From Candidatus Poribacteria bacterium (GTDB lineage: Bacteria; Poribacteria; WGA-4E; WGA-3G), in contig CAXXLX010000001.1 of NCBI GenBank assembly GCA_963665235.2, positions 3,712,001 through 3,776,000 of the forward strand: 64,000 nt of DNA. The letters are read 5' to 3'. Positions 9,813-19,518 of the stretch are shown in pieces. The translations under genes and the position numbers were made by a program. The notes under the pieces were generated by a model that was given only the letters and a program-made list of their open reading frames with translations, did no database searches and was not told the origin of the DNA. Position 1 is the stretch's first letter. Each line of letters opens with the position of its first letter.

Positions 9813-10829
9813 TTGCAAAAACAAGAATTGAAGGGCGTTCCTATACAGAGCAACGCTGAAGTACAAGCCCTTTTTGGGCAGAGCGATACGTTCTTGAAGA
9901 TGATTGAAGACGATTTTGATGTGCGTGTCGTTTTGAAAAGTGACAGCATTGCTGTCATCGGGGAAGATAACAAAAAGGTTGATCAAGTTGTAACGGTATT
10001 AGAATCGCTCCTTCACCGCATCCGCAAAGGAGAACAGATTCAGGCAACCGATATCAACTATGTCATTCGCGCATCAGAGGTCGGTGAAACGACTGGCTTA
10101 GATGAGGGCAAAGCGGAGTCTATTCCGGTGTTCTCAAAACGCGGCGTAATCCGTCCGAAAACTGCCGGGCAAAAAAGATACGTTGAGGCGATTAAGCATA
10201 ATGACCTCGTGTTCGGCATCGGACCTGCGGGAACAGGGAAAACCTACCTCGCTATGGCAATGGCTGTCTCCGCCCTTAAAAGTGGACAAGTGAGCCGTAT
10301 CATCTTGACGCGCCCGGCCGTTGAAGCCGGTGAACGTCTCGGTTTTTTACCGGGCGACATCGCCGCAAAGGTACACCCTTATCTCCGCCCGCTATACGAC
10401 GCATTATACGATATGATGCCACCAGAAACGCTTGACAACTACATTGAACGGAATGTGATTGAGGTTGCCCCAATCGCTTTCATGCGCGGCAGAACTCTTA
10501 ACAATTCTTTTGTCGTTTTGGACGAAGCACAAAACGCAACAATTGAACAGATGAAAATGTTTCTAACACGCCTCGGCTTCGATTCAAAAGCCGTCGTGAC
10601 AGGTGATATTACCCAAACCGATTTACCAACGCACAAAGTCTCAGGACTCGCAGACGCACAAGAAGTCCTCTCCGGAATCAAGGGGATTCAGTTCATATAC
10701 TTCTCAAAAGTGGATGTCGTCCGGCACGCATTGGTGCAACGCATCATCGAAGCTTATGAACAGGCAACACCACAAGATGTAAGACAGATACCGACAGGGC
10801 CAGAAAAACCTGAAGAGGAGCAGCTTTGA
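9813..10829 (+). CDS. phoH: PhoH-family ATPase
   Basis: GPAGTGKTYLA, LTRPAVEAGERLGFLPG, MRGRTL, LDEAQN, GDITQTDL. Confidence 0.95.
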   Translation: MQKQELKGVPIQSNAEVQALFGQSDTFLKMIEDDFDVRVVLKSDSIAVIGEDNKKVDQVVTVLESLLHRIRKGEQIQATDINYVIRASEVGETTGLDEGKAESIPVFSKRGVIRPKTAGQKRYVEAIKHNDLVFGIGPAGTGKTYLAMAMAVSALKSGQVSRIILTRPAVEAGERLGFLPGDIAAKVHPYLRPLYDALYDMMPPETLDNYIERNVIEVAPIAFMRGRTLNNSFVVLDEAQNATIEQMKMFLTRLGFDSKAVVTGDITQTDLPTHKVSGLADAQEVLSGIKGIQFIYFSKVDVVRHALVQRIIEAYEQATPQDVRQIPTGPEKPEEEQL

Positions 10830-11311
10830 TTGGCATAACGAACACAAGCTGCAGGACAACGTTTGATGTAGCTGTTATTTATAAGGCAGCATTGGCAACA
10901 TTAAAGGCACATTGTGCCGAAACATGTGAAGTTAGCGTCCTCTTAACAGATGATGAAGAGATGCAGCGGCTCAACAATACCTATCGCGGGATTGACGCAC
11001 CGACAGACGTTCTAGCGTTTGCAATGCAGGAAGGCGAAAATGTGGGCGGTACCAATTTGAACCTGCTCGGCGATATCGTTATCTCCTTGGAAACAGCAGC
11101 ACGACAGGCTAAAACCGCAGCACACTCGCTTGAAAACGAAGCCGCATTTCTAACGGTACATGGCATGCTGCATCTACTCGGATACGACCATCAGACCCCA
11201 GCGGAAACTGAAATTATGTTTGAAAAACAGGAAAATATTTGGCGTGCGCTCTGCCCGAAAAAAACAGAGGCCATAAACCCAGTTTCCGCACAAAACACCG
11301 CAGAAACATAA
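10826..11311 (+). CDS. ybeY: rRNA maturation RNase YbeY
   Basis: LN..YRG.D.PTDVL.F, LGDIVIS, HGMLHLLGYDH. Confidence 0.95.
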   Translation: MIGITNTSCRTTFDVAVIYKAALATLKAHCAETCEVSVLLTDDEEMQRLNNTYRGIDAPTDVLAFAMQEGENVGGTNLNLLGDIVISLETAARQAKTAAHSLENEAAFLTVHGMLHLLGYDHQTPAETEIMFEKQENIWRALCPKKTEAINPVSAQNTAET

Positions 11312-11318
11312 CGGAGGT

Positions 11319-12608
11319 GTGATTTTAAGATTGGATGAACTACATTTAGTTATCAAATTGGTTAGCTTAGGGATTCTATTAATTTTAAGCGCGCTGTTCT
11401 CCGCAGCGGAGGCGTTGCTTGCACGATTGACGCGAGCCGATATCCTTTCACTTGCAGAAGAGGGCGGAAAACGTTACGAGGTATTGACCTCCCTCTTACA
11501 CAACCCGCGCCGCTATTCGTTGACGATTATCACAGCGAAAATGCTGCTTATAGTCGCAAGTGTCGTCCTCTTTCTGAAGTTCTGGAACGTAAACGTCTTC
11601 GCGACCGCCGGGCTCGCTGTCGTGCTCCTCGTCGTTTTTACGGAGCTGTTTCCCAAAAACTATGTACAGGGAAGTGGCAGTGGAACAACTATCCGCGCGT
11701 TACGGATTTTACGCGCTGTCTACTGGGGCGGATTCTTAATCCTGATCCCTTTGAACTTTATCGCAAACCTCCTCATCCGTATCTCTGGCGGAAAGGTTAC
11801 GTCTGAACAGGATAGCCTTGTGTCACCAGAGGTACTGGAAACGTTAGATAACGTCGCCGACAGTCAGGAAATTTTAGAACCGGACGACCGAGAAATGATA
11901 GCACGGATTTTAGATTTACCCGATAAAGTCGTCCGAGAAATTATGGTGGCACGAACCGATATGGTCTGTCTCGACCTCGCAACCCCTGAAGCGGAAGTCT
12001 TACAGACAACAATTGCATGTAGACATACCCGTATCCCTATATATAAGGAGACTATTGACGATATTGTCGGAATTTTGCACGTCAAGGATATGTTAGATTA
12101 TTGGGCGCAAGGAAAACCGATTAATCTGAACGAACTTATCGTTGACCGGTCACCTTTCTTCACGCCTGAAAGCAAAAATATTTCGGAACTGTTCCGCGAA
12201 CTGCGCGAACATAAACAACACATCGCTATTGTCGTAGATGAATACGGCGGTACAGCCGGAATTGTAACCCTAGAGAATATCATTGAAGAAATCGTCGGCG
12301 AAATCCAAGATGAGGACGAAGCGGACGAGCAAGAGGAATACGTCCAAACCGGACCTAACACCTATTCTGTTGATGCCAGACTAAACCTCGTTGAATTGAA
12401 CGAAAAACTCAGCACAGCATTGGAGGCTGAGAATATTGATACCATCGGCGGCTTTGTCGTAGACCATCTCGGACGCGTCCCTGAAGCGAACACCGTTTTT
12501 GACTACCGAGGTATCCGTTTTACGATACTGGAGGCAGACGAACGGCGAATCCATCGTATCCAAATTCAGATGCCGCAAACGGCTGACGAGGATGCAGATT
12601 CCGAATAA
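11319..12608 (+). CDS. Hemolysin/CorC family protein (CNNM-CBS-CorC_HlyC)
   Basis: SALFSAAE, TELFPK, VREIMVAR, HTRIPIY, VVDEYGGTAGIVTLENIIEEIVGEI. Confidence 0.93.
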   Translation: MILRLDELHLVIKLVSLGILLILSALFSAAEALLARLTRADILSLAEEGGKRYEVLTSLLHNPRRYSLTIITAKMLLIVASVVLFLKFWNVNVFATAGLAVVLLVVFTELFPKNYVQGSGSGTTIRALRILRAVYWGGFLILIPLNFIANLLIRISGGKVTSEQDSLVSPEVLETLDNVADSQEILEPDDREMIARILDLPDKVVREIMVARTDMVCLDLATPEAEVLQTTIACRHTRIPIYKETIDDIVGILHVKDMLDYWAQGKPINLNELIVDRSPFFTPESKNISELFRELREHKQHIAIVVDEYGGTAGIVTLENIIEEIVGEIQDEDEADEQEEYVQTGPNTYSVDARLNLVELNEKLSTALEAENIDTIGGFVVDHLGRVPEANTVFDYRGIRFTILEADERRIHRIQIQMPQTADEDADSE

Positions 12609-12620
12609 TTGAGAACTCTC

Positions 12621-13025
12621 ATGAAACTCTGTTTACAAACCCTGGCAACTTCAATCACACTGATTGTTATTTTCTTGGCAGGCTGCATAGACCCGTCTAC
12701 CGTAAAGCCAAATGAGGTAACGCCCAAACCGCGCGGCAAAACGGCAAAGGTATCTCCAAAGAACTTCGTTAATCTGGAGTACCTTGCTACCCTAAAAGGT
12801 GTAGAATATATAGAACTCGCACGCGAAAAGAAAGGGGGAATCCCTCTGCCGTGGGAACCGCTCACTGTTTCTGTAGACACGTGGAAAAGGCGATTGGAAA
12901 AACAAAAGGAATTGCTCCTAGGCATGAGATCAAAACAGATAACTCTTGAAGAATATAATGAACAAACACTCCAAGTTTATCGGGAAGATGGTCTTGTAAC
13001 GACTATCCATGCAGCTAATAATTGA
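12621..13025 (+). CDS. Hypothetical lipoprotein (possibly the N-terminal half of a frameshifted gene continuing in 13009-13572)
   Basis: LAGC lipobox; overlaps the next ORF by 17 bp. Confidence 0.55.
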   Translation: MKLCLQTLATSITLIVIFLAGCIDPSTVKPNEVTPKPRGKTAKVSPKNFVNLEYLATLKGVEYIELAREKKGGIPLPWEPLTVSVDTWKRRLEKQKELLLGMRSKQITLEEYNEQTLQVYREDGLVTTIHAANN

Positions 13026-13572
13026 ACTATGGCGAGTTCAATTGACGACGGCGTTTCGAGAATGGTCGAACCTTGTGTATGCCGAAAATCCTGATGATTT
13101 TGATACCTTGCTGCTGTGGGTACTCGCAGGGGGAATGGATGGGAATTGGGTACATCCTTATGGTGCAGAAAAGACAGCAGCGACCCGGCGTTTGTATGAA
13201 ATGAACCCGAACCACCCCTGGGTCCTTCACAAACTTGCCAAATGTCTTCTGGGAACAAACCCACAAGAGGCACTCGGTTACGCACAAAAGGCACAAGAAT
13301 TAGACCCGCGTTATCTTCCGTTGGGTGTTGAGGGATTATGTTACTTTCAAATGGGTGATTACCAAAAAGCATTAGCATCGTTTCTACGCTCACATCAAAA
13401 TGCGGTGGTAACCTCACAACCCTCTTACATCATCAAAGCTATCAGTGTGTGGGTAGGTCAAGCAGAAGATGTTGTGAACAGTAGAGGCGAAGGGGAGGAA
13501 ATACGTGAAAAGATAAGAAAAGCTGGGCAACCTATCCTCGGTCGTGAGCTACCTACAAGGTTGTACCGATAA
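13009..13572 (+). CDS. TPR-containing hypothetical protein (possibly the C-terminal half)
   Basis: EALGYAQKAQELDP and GLCYFQMGDYQKALASF TPR motifs; no clear SD. Confidence 0.55.
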   Translation: MQLIIELWRVQLTTAFREWSNLVYAENPDDFDTLLLWVLAGGMDGNWVHPYGAEKTAATRRLYEMNPNHPWVLHKLAKCLLGTNPQEALGYAQKAQELDPRYLPLGVEGLCYFQMGDYQKALASFLRSHQNAVVTSQPSYIIKAISVWVGQAEDVVNSRGEGEEIREKIRKAGQPILGRELPTRLYR

Positions 13573-13646
13573 AACAAAAATATCCGATGTACATAAGGAA
13601 TGTTGCCACACCCATCATACCAAAGAATGCCTAAGATTAAAAAAAT

Positions 13647-13676
13647 TTGACAAAGGTCCTAAGTTTGTGGTATAAT
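13647..13676 (+). promoter_or_regulatory. Promoter for tRNA-Pro/recO
   Basis: TTGACA, 18 bp spacer, TGnTATAAT. Confidence 0.7.
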
Positions 13677-13699
13677 ATATATGTTATGAAAACGAAAAA

Positions 13700-13774
<75 letters not shown>

Positions 13775-13797
13775 TTTTATCTCCGCTGGATAAAAAC

Positions 13798-14562
13798 ATG
13801 CCTATCCAAAAAACCCCAGCAATTGTGCTTCGCGCTTTTCCGCTGCGCGAAGCACATAAAATCATCACCTTCTATACACCAGATTTTGGTAAAGTTAAAG
13901 CTGTCGCCTACGGGGTCAAAAGCCCAAAAAGTCGACTCAGCGGCAGTTTGGAACTGCTTAACCACGGCATGCTTTTTTTTAACTATCGCGAAAACAGAGA
14001 ATTGCAAAGTCTTAGCAACTTTGAGATGATAGAAGGGTTCGATGGAATTCGCACCGATTTTACACGGATTACCTACGGATGCTATTTCGCCGAATTAGTC
14101 GACGCTATGGCATTAGAGGGGGATGCAAACCCCGCCATCTTTAATTTACTCCGAAATACCTACCACGTTTTAACCGATACCGAGGATGTCCGACTGCTCG
14201 CCCGGGTTTTTGAAATTAAATTTCTCGACCTGGTAGGGTATGCTCCGCAACTTTCGCAGTGTGCCTATTGTGATTCCGTTCCTGAAAACGCAGGCGCAAC
14301 TACGCGACTATTTAGTGTGCCACATGGCGGACTGCTTTGCACGAAGTGTCAACATAAAGACATTACCGCATTTTCAATGGCACCCGGCAGTTGCGAATTG
14401 CTAAAGGCATTACGGAAATCGGAGTTGAGCAAACTAAACCGAATTCGTGCTTCTACGCGTAATCACCGTGAACTGAAACTGGTGCTCAGTAGTTTTATCC
14501 AATACCATACAGAGCGAAATCTGAAAAGCCTCCGATTCATTGAAACCGTTTTAGACGTGTAA
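13798..14562 (+). CDS. recO: DNA repair protein RecO
   Basis: AIVLR...EAHKIITFYTPDFGKV, KSPKSRLSGSLE, zinc finger CAYC..GGLLCTKC, LKSL. Confidence 0.93.
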   Translation: MPIQKTPAIVLRAFPLREAHKIITFYTPDFGKVKAVAYGVKSPKSRLSGSLELLNHGMLFFNYRENRELQSLSNFEMIEGFDGIRTDFTRITYGCYFAELVDAMALEGDANPAIFNLLRNTYHVLTDTEDVRLLARVFEIKFLDLVGYAPQLSQCAYCDSVPENAGATTRLFSVPHGGLLCTKCQHKDITAFSMAPGSCELLKALRKSELSKLNRIRASTRNHRELKLVLSSFIQYHTERNLKSLRFIETVLDV

Positions 14563-14601
14563 TTCTATACACATATCGATATTTTTTCTAAAAAAAATTG
14601 C

Positions 14602-14630
14602 TTGACATATTTCGAAAAATATGATATTCT
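14602..14630 (+). promoter_or_regulatory. Promoter upstream of the TonB-dependent receptor
   Basis: TTGACA, 17 bp spacer, TGnTATTCT. Confidence 0.55.
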
Positions 14631-14746
14631 ATTGATATTATGTTGGTGAGGTTTTGCCATCATTCCCCTTTAAATGCTATCACCTCGTCAACAGACCGTG
14701 CGAAGTAGGATACTATTATTTAAAAGCTAAAAGGAGTACTGGTAAA

Positions 14747-17700
14747 TTGAAAGTAGATAACATCTTAAAAACATTACTGTGTGTTCTGAGCATCTGCATG
14801 TTCATAACCGTAGTTGGTATTCATACCGCTTCTTCTGCCACAATCGGTAAAATTTCCGGGATTGTTACAGCGGAAGCGACAAAACAACCGTTGGCGAACG
14901 TCACTGTCACAATTGTCGGGACAAGTAGCACGGCAACGACAAACGATGCCGGTTACTATGTCATGACCAACATTCCCCCAGGCGGCTATGATGTAAAAGT
15001 TGAAATTGCTGGTTACCGTTCCAAGACTATTTCCGCAGCAAAGGTTTTCACAGGGCTCACCACAACCCTAAACTTTGCGTTAGAAGTCTCCGAAGTTGTT
15101 GAACTTGAAGGCGTAACGGTAACAGCTACCAAACCCCTAATTAAGAAGGACGTTACGCAGACAACGCGGATTATTGAAGCAGACGAAATTGCGTCTATGC
15201 CACGTGACACGGTAAACGGCATTTTGCAAACGCAAGCGGGTGTCTCAGTGTTAAACTCAACTGGCAGCCTCCATATTCGCGGTGGTCGCTCCATGGAGGT
15301 TAAATATCTTATTGACGGTATTCCAGTAAACGACCCGATTTTCAGCGGTTTTGGCGTACATATCAGCACGAACGCGCTTGAACAGATGGAAGTCATCACC
15401 GGCGGGTTCAATGCGGAACATGGCAACGCACAATCTGGGATTATTAATCTTGTTACGAAGGTCGGGCGGCAAAACTTTTCTGGCAGAATCCGCTACCGAG
15501 TTGGGCAGTGGGCACAACATCACGGCGACCCAGTATACGGCTCATGGCGCGATCCGGACAACGGTTTCCAACCTGTCGCGCTTGAACCTTTCAGAGGCAT
15601 TTTCATCGGTGAACCCCACGATTATCAAACCCCCTACAGAGGTCAAGACGTTACCGTCGAGGAGCTAGCAGAACGAGAAGGGGATGACAAGGTAGTCTTC
15701 ACAGAAATCCTCCCTGGCGTGTATGCGGATAGAACAGAAAACCCGCTCCTTCCGGTGATAGACCCCGATACAGGGGAAGCGAAGGTTGACCCCGATACAG
15801 GCGAAACGATTATGGAACGTCAACCTTATACGGATGCCGATGGCACCGTTATCGACTATGAGAAAAAACAGGTCACGCTCATAGATGGCTACATCGTAGA
15901 TCTGGAACAGTATAGCGGGTTATTCAACGATACCAAAAAGTATGACCTTTCGCCAAGTCATGTCGGAGAATTTGCACTCAGCGGCCCCATCTTGGGCAAC
16001 CGCTTGACCTTCTCCCTCGCCAGCCAGCTGCGCCGAGATGAAAGCTATTTACCCAATAGTGGTGGGGATGGGTATACCCTTCAGGGGAAACTCAAGTTTG
16101 AAGTAACACCTGAACTTAAACTCACCACAAGCGGTCTGTTCGATACGCGCGAAAGTTTCTCTTACGGTGGCGGTCTCCGATTTGCGCCTGATGCAATACC
16201 GGTGGGTACGAGAGATTCGCGAAACCTCTCGATTCAACTCTCACATAATCTCAGCTCCGGCACCTTTTATACCCTTACGTTCGGCCAGTTCTACCGGACC
16301 GTTTCAAGCAATCAGCCCGGAAAAGTGTGGGATCCGTTGAATAAAACGTTTGAGGAAAATGCCTACGACCCTGAAAAATCCTTCGAGCAGAATCAGGAAG
16401 AGGGACGCATTAGAAACCCACCGAAGGAGGCATATAACGACACAACCTACGCAATCGCGGGAGACAACGAATCCTGGGCCGACCGCAATTCGACCACCTC
16501 CATCTTTAAAGCGGATTTCGCAAGTCAGGTAACAGCGAATCATCAACTCCAGACAGGTATTGAATTCACCACAAATCACCTCTACAACCTGGGAACATCA
16601 AATTACGGAAGTTCAAACCTCTATATGGAGTATTATGACGTAACGCCTTCATCCATGACTCTCTATGCACAAGATAAGATGGAGTATGCGGGTATGATTG
16701 TCAATGCAGGTTTACGGTATGATATGCATAATCCGGATGGGGTTTCCCCCGCCGATCCGTTAGACCCGCTTGAATTGAATGACGATGGCACTATCAAATT
16801 GGATAAGACCGTTTATAAGGTTGGGCTCCCTGTCATTAAAGACCCGGTTGAGCCTTCTACTAAACATACCATCTCACCGCGACTCGGCATCTCCTTCCCG
16901 GTTACCGACAGGGCAAAGTTGCACCTGACTTACGGGCACTATTACCAGATGCCACGGGGCGATGATCTCTACGAAAATCTTAGCTTTGATATGCGTGGTG
17001 CCATCCGAAGAAGAGGAAACCCGGACCTCGAACCCGAACGGACTATCGCCTACGAAGTTGGTGTTACCCAACAGTTCACCGATGATTTAACCGTTGACAT
17101 TACAGGATTTACCAAGGATATTGATAACCTTATCAGTAGCATACATGTCGACATCACAAACGATTACAGCTATTTTATCAACGACATCTACGGACGCGTT
17201 CAAGGCGTTGAGCTCACAGTTCGTAAGTGGCGCACGGCACAAAGTCGGGTCTCCGGTATGCTGAGTTACACCTATTCTGTTGCGAAAGGCAAGGGTTCCA
17301 GTCGAAATTTAGGATACCTCACCTATTACCGGCAACAGCCTGAAGTCACCGAAAGTCATCCGTTAGCCTGGGATCAGCGGCACATCGTTTCTGGGACGTT
17401 AGATATCCAATTGCCGTTTAATTCCTCAGTCAACTTTGTCGGACGGTATGGTAGCGGTTTACCCTATACCCCGAATCCACGGTCACCGACTAAGCCTGAT
17501 ATCAACTCGAAGCGTTACCCAGCAACTTACAATGTTGACGCGCTTATCAGCAAACGGAGCCGAATTGGGGGGATAACGTATACCTTCTTTGCGGACATTC
17601 GGAACATCTTCAACACGAAGAATCTGGATGACCTGCTCGATGCAGTCACCTATGATCGATACGGTATTCCGCTTACTTCACAGAAGCATACCAGTCCGTT

Positions 17701-17752
17701 TTCGTGGAGTTCGCCACGCTTAGTGATGGTAGGCGTAAGTTTGGATTTTTAG
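14747..17752 (+). CDS. TonB-dependent receptor with N-terminal carboxypeptidase-regulatory-like domain
   Basis: AAGGAG SD then TTG at 14747; signal peptide; GKISG.V, LHIRGGR..EV.YLIDG, TGGFNAEHGNAQSG, SPRLGISFP, GNPDLEPE; C-terminal Phe. Confidence 0.92.
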   Translation: MKVDNILKTLLCVLSICMFITVVGIHTASSATIGKISGIVTAEATKQPLANVTVTIVGTSSTATTNDAGYYVMTNIPPGGYDVKVEIAGYRSKTISAAKVFTGLTTTLNFALEVSEVVELEGVTVTATKPLIKKDVTQTTRIIEADEIASMPRDTVNGILQTQAGVSVLNSTGSLHIRGGRSMEVKYLIDGIPVNDPIFSGFGVHISTNALEQMEVITGGFNAEHGNAQSGIINLVTKVGRQNFSGRIRYRVGQWAQHHGDPVYGSWRDPDNGFQPVALEPFRGIFIGEPHDYQTPYRGQDVTVEELAEREGDDKVVFTEILPGVYADRTENPLLPVIDPDTGEAKVDPDTGETIMERQPYTDADGTVIDYEKKQVTLIDGYIVDLEQYSGLFNDTKKYDLSPSHVGEFALSGPILGNRLTFSLASQLRRDESYLPNSGGDGYTLQGKLKFEVTPELKLTTSGLFDTRESFSYGGGLRFAPDAIPVGTRDSRNLSIQLSHNLSSGTFYTLTFGQFYRTVSSNQPGKVWDPLNKTFEENAYDPEKSFEQNQEEGRIRNPPKEAYNDTTYAIAGDNESWADRNSTTSIFKADFASQVTANHQLQTGIEFTTNHLYNLGTSNYGSSNLYMEYYDVTPSSMTLYAQDKMEYAGMIVNAGLRYDMHNPDGVSPADPLDPLELNDDGTIKLDKTVYKVGLPVIKDPVEPSTKHTISPRLGISFPVTDRAKLHLTYGHYYQMPRGDDLYENLSFDMRGAIRRRGNPDLEPERTIAYEVGVTQQFTDDLTVDITGFTKDIDNLISSIHVDITNDYSYFINDIYGRVQGVELTVRKWRTAQSRVSGMLSYTYSVAKGKGSSRNLGYLTYYRQQPEVTESHPLAWDQRHIVSGTLDIQLPFNSSVNFVGRYGSGLPYTPNPRSPTKPDINSKRYPATYNVDALISKRSRIGGITYTFFADIRNIFNTKNLDDLLDAVTYDRYGIPLTSQKHTSPFSWSSPRLVMVGVSLDF

Positions 17753-17764
17753 TTGAATAGAATC

Positions 17765-17876
17765 AGGACTTACGCAAATGTAGCAGGACCCTCGTAGGGG
17801 CGGGGTCCCCCCGCCCGCTAGGTCTCCCCTATGCTCCCATTAGCATAAGGATTTATCAACGCGCTGCGTAAGTCCT
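17765..17876. mobile_element. MITE, AGGACTTACGCA-TIR family, containing a GTAG-REP hairpin
   Basis: Perfect 12-bp TIR AGGACTTACGCA/TGCGTAAGTCCT; internal GTAGGGGCGGGGTCCCCCCGCCC. Confidence 0.8.
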
Positions 17877-17899
17877 ATAGGATAATACGGCGGTGAATA

Positions 17900-18142
17900 A
17901 TGCGAATGCAAGAAATTGTAGAAGCTATAAAGACGTTAAGTCCCACCGAGCGGTACCACCTACGGTGCCTATTGAAAGAGCAGGACGAAGCTGAGAAACT
18001 GGAAGTATTTCATCAAGTCCTGCTTTCGAAAGGCTTAATTAAAGAGGTGAAGAAACCTCCTGTCACTGACACGTCTGAACGGCAACTCATTGAAGTCAAG
18101 GGAAAACCTGTCTCAGAAACAATCATTGAGGAGCGGAAGTAG
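17900..18142 (+). CDS. Putative antitoxin (VapB-like)
   Basis: Small ORF ending GKPVSETIIEER directly upstream of a PIN toxin. Confidence 0.7.
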   Translation: MRMQEIVEAIKTLSPTERYHLRCLLKEQDEAEKLEVFHQVLLSKGLIKEVKKPPVTDTSERQLIEVKGKPVSETIIEERK

Positions 18143-18145
18143 GCG

Positions 18146-18607
18146 ATGATCTACTATATGGATAGTAGTTGTCTTGTTAAAAGTTACATCAATGAAATTG
18201 GTTCAGGATGGGTTCTCAGCATCACTAATCCTGTTGCAGGAAACGAAATTTATACTGTCCGCATTACAGGTGTTGAGATTGTTTCTGCTGTCTCGCGACG
18301 GAAACGGGAGGGCACAATTATCTCTGCTGATGCCGCGATGGTAATCGCTACCTTGAAAAATGACTTACTCAATACGTATCACATCATTGAGGTGACCGAG
18401 CAACTAGTGAATCGGGCGATGACTTTAGCTGAAACTCATGGTTTACGCGGCTCTGATGCGGTGCAGCTCGCAGCGGCATGCGAAGTTCAGGCACTTTGTA
18501 TCCCAAGTGGAATTCCACCGCTTTCCTTTCTCTCCGCGGATAGGGCACTCAATACCGCAGCTATCGCTGAAGGACTGTCAGTAGATGATCCAAATGCCCA
18601 TCCTTAA
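18146..18607 (+). CDS. vapC: PIN-domain VapC toxin
   Basis: YYMDSSCLVK.Y..E.GS, VEI.SA, LRGSDAVQLAAA, SADRAL..AA..EGL. Confidence 0.9.
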   Translation: MIYYMDSSCLVKSYINEIGSGWVLSITNPVAGNEIYTVRITGVEIVSAVSRRKREGTIISADAAMVIATLKNDLLNTYHIIEVTEQLVNRAMTLAETHGLRGSDAVQLAAACEVQALCIPSGIPPLSFLSADRALNTAAIAEGLSVDDPNAHP

Positions 18608-18611
18608 ATAA

Positions 18612-18658
18612 GGAATTCACCACGCTTGATTACGGTGGGCGTGAGTTTAGATTTTTAA
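18612..18658 (+). repeat. Diverged duplicate of the last 47 bp of the TonB receptor gene
   Basis: 37/47 identical to 17706-17752; encodes SPRLITVGVSLDF* versus SPRLVMVGVSLDF*. Confidence 0.85.
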
Positions 18659-18810
18659 AGCAGAATCTGGGAAAAGTATGTGAAGGAATATGCAGCGGGA
18701 ACAAATATTGTCCGCCTAGCAATAGATGTTGCCGCTGCTTTTCCTAATTAGATAGACACAGGCGAACGCGAGTCGGGGCAACGCATATCAATACAGTTTA
18801 AATTAAAAAA

Positions 18811-18839
18811 GATAGCATATTCGCGTAGAATATGCTATC
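18811..18839. promoter_or_regulatory. Perfect 12-bp inverted repeat, operator-like
   Basis: GATAGCATATTC-gcgta-GAATATGCTATC, 20 bp upstream of ATG 18860. Confidence 0.55.
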
Positions 18840-18859
18840 ATAATCTATATAATGAAGAG

Positions 18860-19336
18860 ATGTCCATCATAATGATTGAAAATCAAAAAGATTACGATAG
18901 AGATAACGAAATTGTTCCTTTTATCGGCATCCAGCGAAAATATGTAAACCTAGCGTCAAAAGTCTATTCGATCCTGTTTTTAGGGTATGCGTCCTGGATT
19001 TTCACACGAAAGTTCCTCAACAGCAGCAAAATATTGGAGGAAAGATTAGATGGAATTTGGGCACACCTTGCCGGGTTCAGTATCGTAGAGGGTGTCGTTA
19101 TGATTGCTATTATTCAAATCGGAGATATTGCTATGTATTTGACAAATAAGTTGAAAAAACAGGCCGAAACAGCCGAAGCTAAAGGCAGAGCCGAAGGTAG
19201 AGCCGAAGGCAGAGCCGAAATCTATCAACTGTGGGCAGCATGGAACGAACGCAGAATGGAAGCTGAAATGAAAGGCATACCGTTCAATGAACCCCCACCC
19301 GAACCTCCTCAAAACCTGAACGATATACAGGATTGA
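18860..19336 (+). CDS. Hypothetical membrane protein with GRAE repeats
   Basis: Two hydrophobic segments; KGRAEGRAEGRAE; W.AWN.RR.EAE.KG.PF.EPPP tail. Confidence 0.7.
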   Translation: MSIIMIENQKDYDRDNEIVPFIGIQRKYVNLASKVYSILFLGYASWIFTRKFLNSSKILEERLDGIWAHLAGFSIVEGVVMIAIIQIGDIAMYLTNKLKKQAETAEAKGRAEGRAEGRAEIYQLWAAWNERRMEAEMKGIPFNEPPPEPPQNLNDIQD

Positions 19337-19518
19337 TGCCAACGTTCGCTAGACCAGAACGCAACGTTATTATTTCACTCTTAGATCGGTTTCTATAAAC
19401 ATATCGTCCATACTGGACTAAGAGGAAGGGGCAGAAACACCCGTCCCTTAGAGATGAGTGTCTATAACGGCTATGACGCGGAAAAAACCAAGTTACAAAA
19501 CTATTGGAAGACTATTAA

